From Dictyostelium discoideum (lineage: Eukaryota): a stretch of DNA of 64,000 nucleotides. A model generated the notes under the pieces. It ran no database searches. It was not told where the DNA came from and was given only the letters and a program-made list of their open reading frames with translations. Positions within the stretch are counted from its first letter, which is position 1. Every line of letters begins with the position of its first letter. Where the stretch lies: NCBI GenBank assembly GCA_000004695.1, contig CM000151.3, forward strand, positions 4,384,001 through 4,448,000, given 5' to 3'. Below are positions 56,798 through 64,000 of this stretch, in pieces. The position numbers and the translations under genes are program-made.

Positions 56798-56971
56798 TTT
56801 ATTTATATTATTTTGTTCTTCTGGGGATAATGGTAAATCAATTATTGCACTATTTAATATTTCAGCATTTATATATTCATTGTCTATTAAATTTTTTAAA
56901 TATTCATAATCTATATATTTATCTCTCCAATGACTAACTTTATTATCTTTTAAATAATCTCTAAATTTCAT
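53706..56971 (-). CDS. xpr1: SPX-EXS domain protein (XPR1/PHO1/SYG1-like phosphate exporter). Two exons, 54907..56971 and 53706..54802.
   Basis: N-terminal SPX signature MKFRDYLKDNKVSHWRDKYIDYEYLKNLI. A poly-Asn/acidic insert follows, then a multi-TM region and the EXS domain. Exon 1 ends ...ADFTVDW-G at a GTAAGT donor and joins through the TTTAAAAAAAAAATAG acceptor to GLFLNYKTNKQWPLREKMVFKRKW..., giving the EXS DWGL motif. The C-terminal tail is His/Asn/Ser-rich. Confidence 0.85.
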
Positions 56972-58898
56972 TTTATTATTTTATAAATTTTCCAAGATTT
57001 TTATTTTTATATTTATATTTTAATTTTTTTTTTTTTTTTAAAAAATAATTTATAATTATTATTATTTTTTTTTTATTATTATTATTATTTTAAATATTAT
57101 TAAACAACTAAATTAATTGAGTTTTAAAATATTATTTATTTATTTAATTATTTACTTTTTATTTTTTTTATTTATTTATTTTTTTTTTTTTTTTATTATT
57201 TAAATTAAAAAAAAAAAAATTATTTATTTATTTATTTAATATTTTTTATTTTTTTTTTTTTTTTTTTATTTTATTATTTTTTTTTTTTTTAATAACCAAA
57301 AAAAAAATTTTTTTGACGTAATACAATAAAAATTGGAATACAATCAAATCAATTATTGTGTGTGGATTTCTTTATAAAAGTGATTAATTAAAAAAACAAA
57401 AAAAAAATTGATTAAATTTAAAGTGACAAAGGAATCAGTGAAAAAAAAACAAAAAAAAAAACAAAAAATAATAAAAAAAAAAATAAAAATAAAAAAAAAT
57501 TGAATTAAACAGAGTTGACATTCACATTTTTTCTTTAACTGGTATTTTTGCTGGAATGTATGATAAAAATAAACTCAAAAATTTTTTTTTTTTTTGTGCG
57601 GAAAAAAAACTCTCATAAAAATTTAAACATAAAGTTTGACAATCAACAAATCTCTGGGCATGTTTAAAAAAAAATAAAAAAAAAAAAAAAAAAATAAAAA
57701 AATTAAACAAAAAAATTAAAATATAAAACAAAAAAGTATTTTTTTTTTTTTTTTTTTTTTTATTTGTTTATAGCACCTTATACACAGGTTAAAAAAATGT
57801 GATAATATTTTTAATAACCCCTTTTTGATAGTATTTTATTTTTTATTTATTTTTTTTTTAATTTTTTTTAATTTTTTTTTTTTTTTAGATTTGTTGGTGT
57901 GTATTTTTATAATAATTTAAAATAAAAGGGTTTATTTTTTATTTTGTTTGGGTTTTTTTTTTAATAATTATTATTATAATAGATTTGTTTAACTTATCCT
58001 GTGTGTGATCGTTTTTTCTCTGTGTTTTTTTTTTTTTTTGACTGGGCATTTCTTTGTTTTTTTTCATTTTTTTTTTTTCATTTTTTTCATTTTTTTTTAT
58101 TTTTTTTTATTTTTTTTTACTTTTTTATTTTTTTTCTGTTTAGATTTCTGTTTTTTTTCCAACGGTCACTTAATAAATTAATTAATTTGATGACGATGAT
58201 GATTTTTGCTTTTTTCGTAAAAAGATCTTGATTTTATAAAAAAAATAAAAATTCTTTAATTTATTTTTATTTTTTTTTTTTTTTTTTTTTTTTTTTATTT
58301 TATGTGGTAAATTTTTTTTTTTTTTTAATCATTTTTTTTTTTTTTTCAATCATTTTCTTTATTTAATTTTTTTTTTTTTTTTTTTTTTTTAATCATTTTT
58401 TTAGTCTTGGTTGGTAATTTTAAAACTCAACTATTGTCATTTTGTTTTTTTTAACTCAAATTAATTTTCATCTTGAGTTTTATTTTTCAGCCATTCTCAA
58501 ATTATTAGAGTGAATTGATTTGAACATTACTGCTCAAAATAATTTGCATTCAAGAGTCTGAATAGGATTTAAACTCGATGCCCCTCATCAGAATTTTTAG
58601 TTGATTACTATTTATTATTAATAAAAAAAAAAAAAAAAAAAAAAGAAAAAAAAAATTATAATTTTTAATATTTATGTGTTTGTGTTTTTTATTTTTAATA
58701 AAGGTTTTTATTAATTTAGTATATTTAAAAATATAATATGTAATTGAAAGTTATAAGGAAGTGGAAAAATAATTTTCTTTTTTTTTTTTTTCTTTTAAAA
58801 AAGTTATATAATACAAAAAAGTTTATTTTTCTGTTTTTTTTTTTATTTTAATTTTTTTAAATACTAAATATTAAATAATTACTATTAATATTTTTTTA

Positions 58899-64000
<5,102 letters not shown>

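Noticed and set aside
54290-56937. ORFs 54290..54601, 54865..55065, 56379..56657, 56512..56697 and 56644..56937 within the SPX-EXS gene.
   Set aside because: Alternative-frame ORFs over His/Asn-rich and (AAT)n regions of the xpr1 exons.

Overview
This window reads as a 64 kb stretch of Dictyostelium-type amoebozoan nuclear DNA, not a prokaryotic locus. It is roughly 20-25% GC, with very long homopolymer A/T runs, (AAT)n tracts translating to poly-Asn, GT(A/T)(A/T)GT...AG introns of about 80-150 nt, a FNIP-repeat gene and a Dictyostelium-identical actin. I find no CRISPR array, IS element, operon or bacterial defence island.

About 27 protein-coding genes are distributed over both strands. Many are multi-exon, with small first exons that the six-frame ORF track misses. 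Those with a recognisable family, in order: mitochondrial carrier; patatin-like phospholipase; an HTTM/vitamin-K-carboxylase-like membrane protein; a RecA/Rad51-paralog-like ATPase; an ELO fatty-acid elongase carrying an apparent frameshift; tRNA-Ser(AGA) with a downstream extra B-box; DNA ligase I, with a PIP-box micro-exon and a huge K/E-repeat N-terminal region; a choline-transporter-like (SLC44/CTL) protein; an S28 serine carboxypeptidase; a GC-shifted DUF1772-like gene that is a horizontal-transfer candidate; two paralogous TPR-like repeat proteins in inverted orientation on either side of actin and a FNIP-repeat gene; a SAM + ZNFX1-like SF1 helicase + NFX1 zinc-finger protein; two tandem ABCG half-transporters showing a gene-conversion mosaic; an SPX-EXS (XPR1/PHO1-like) phosphate exporter; and a large GLFG/SLFG/PFG nucleoporin-like gene that runs off the 3' end of the window.

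Four genes show apparent frameshifts or in-frame stops: the ELO elongase, the FNIP-repeat gene, the nucleoporin-like gene and the patatin exon 2/3 junction. These should be checked against reads before being called pseudogenes.

All exon/intron boundaries were placed by eye from splice motifs and reading-frame continuity. Treat them as approximate.
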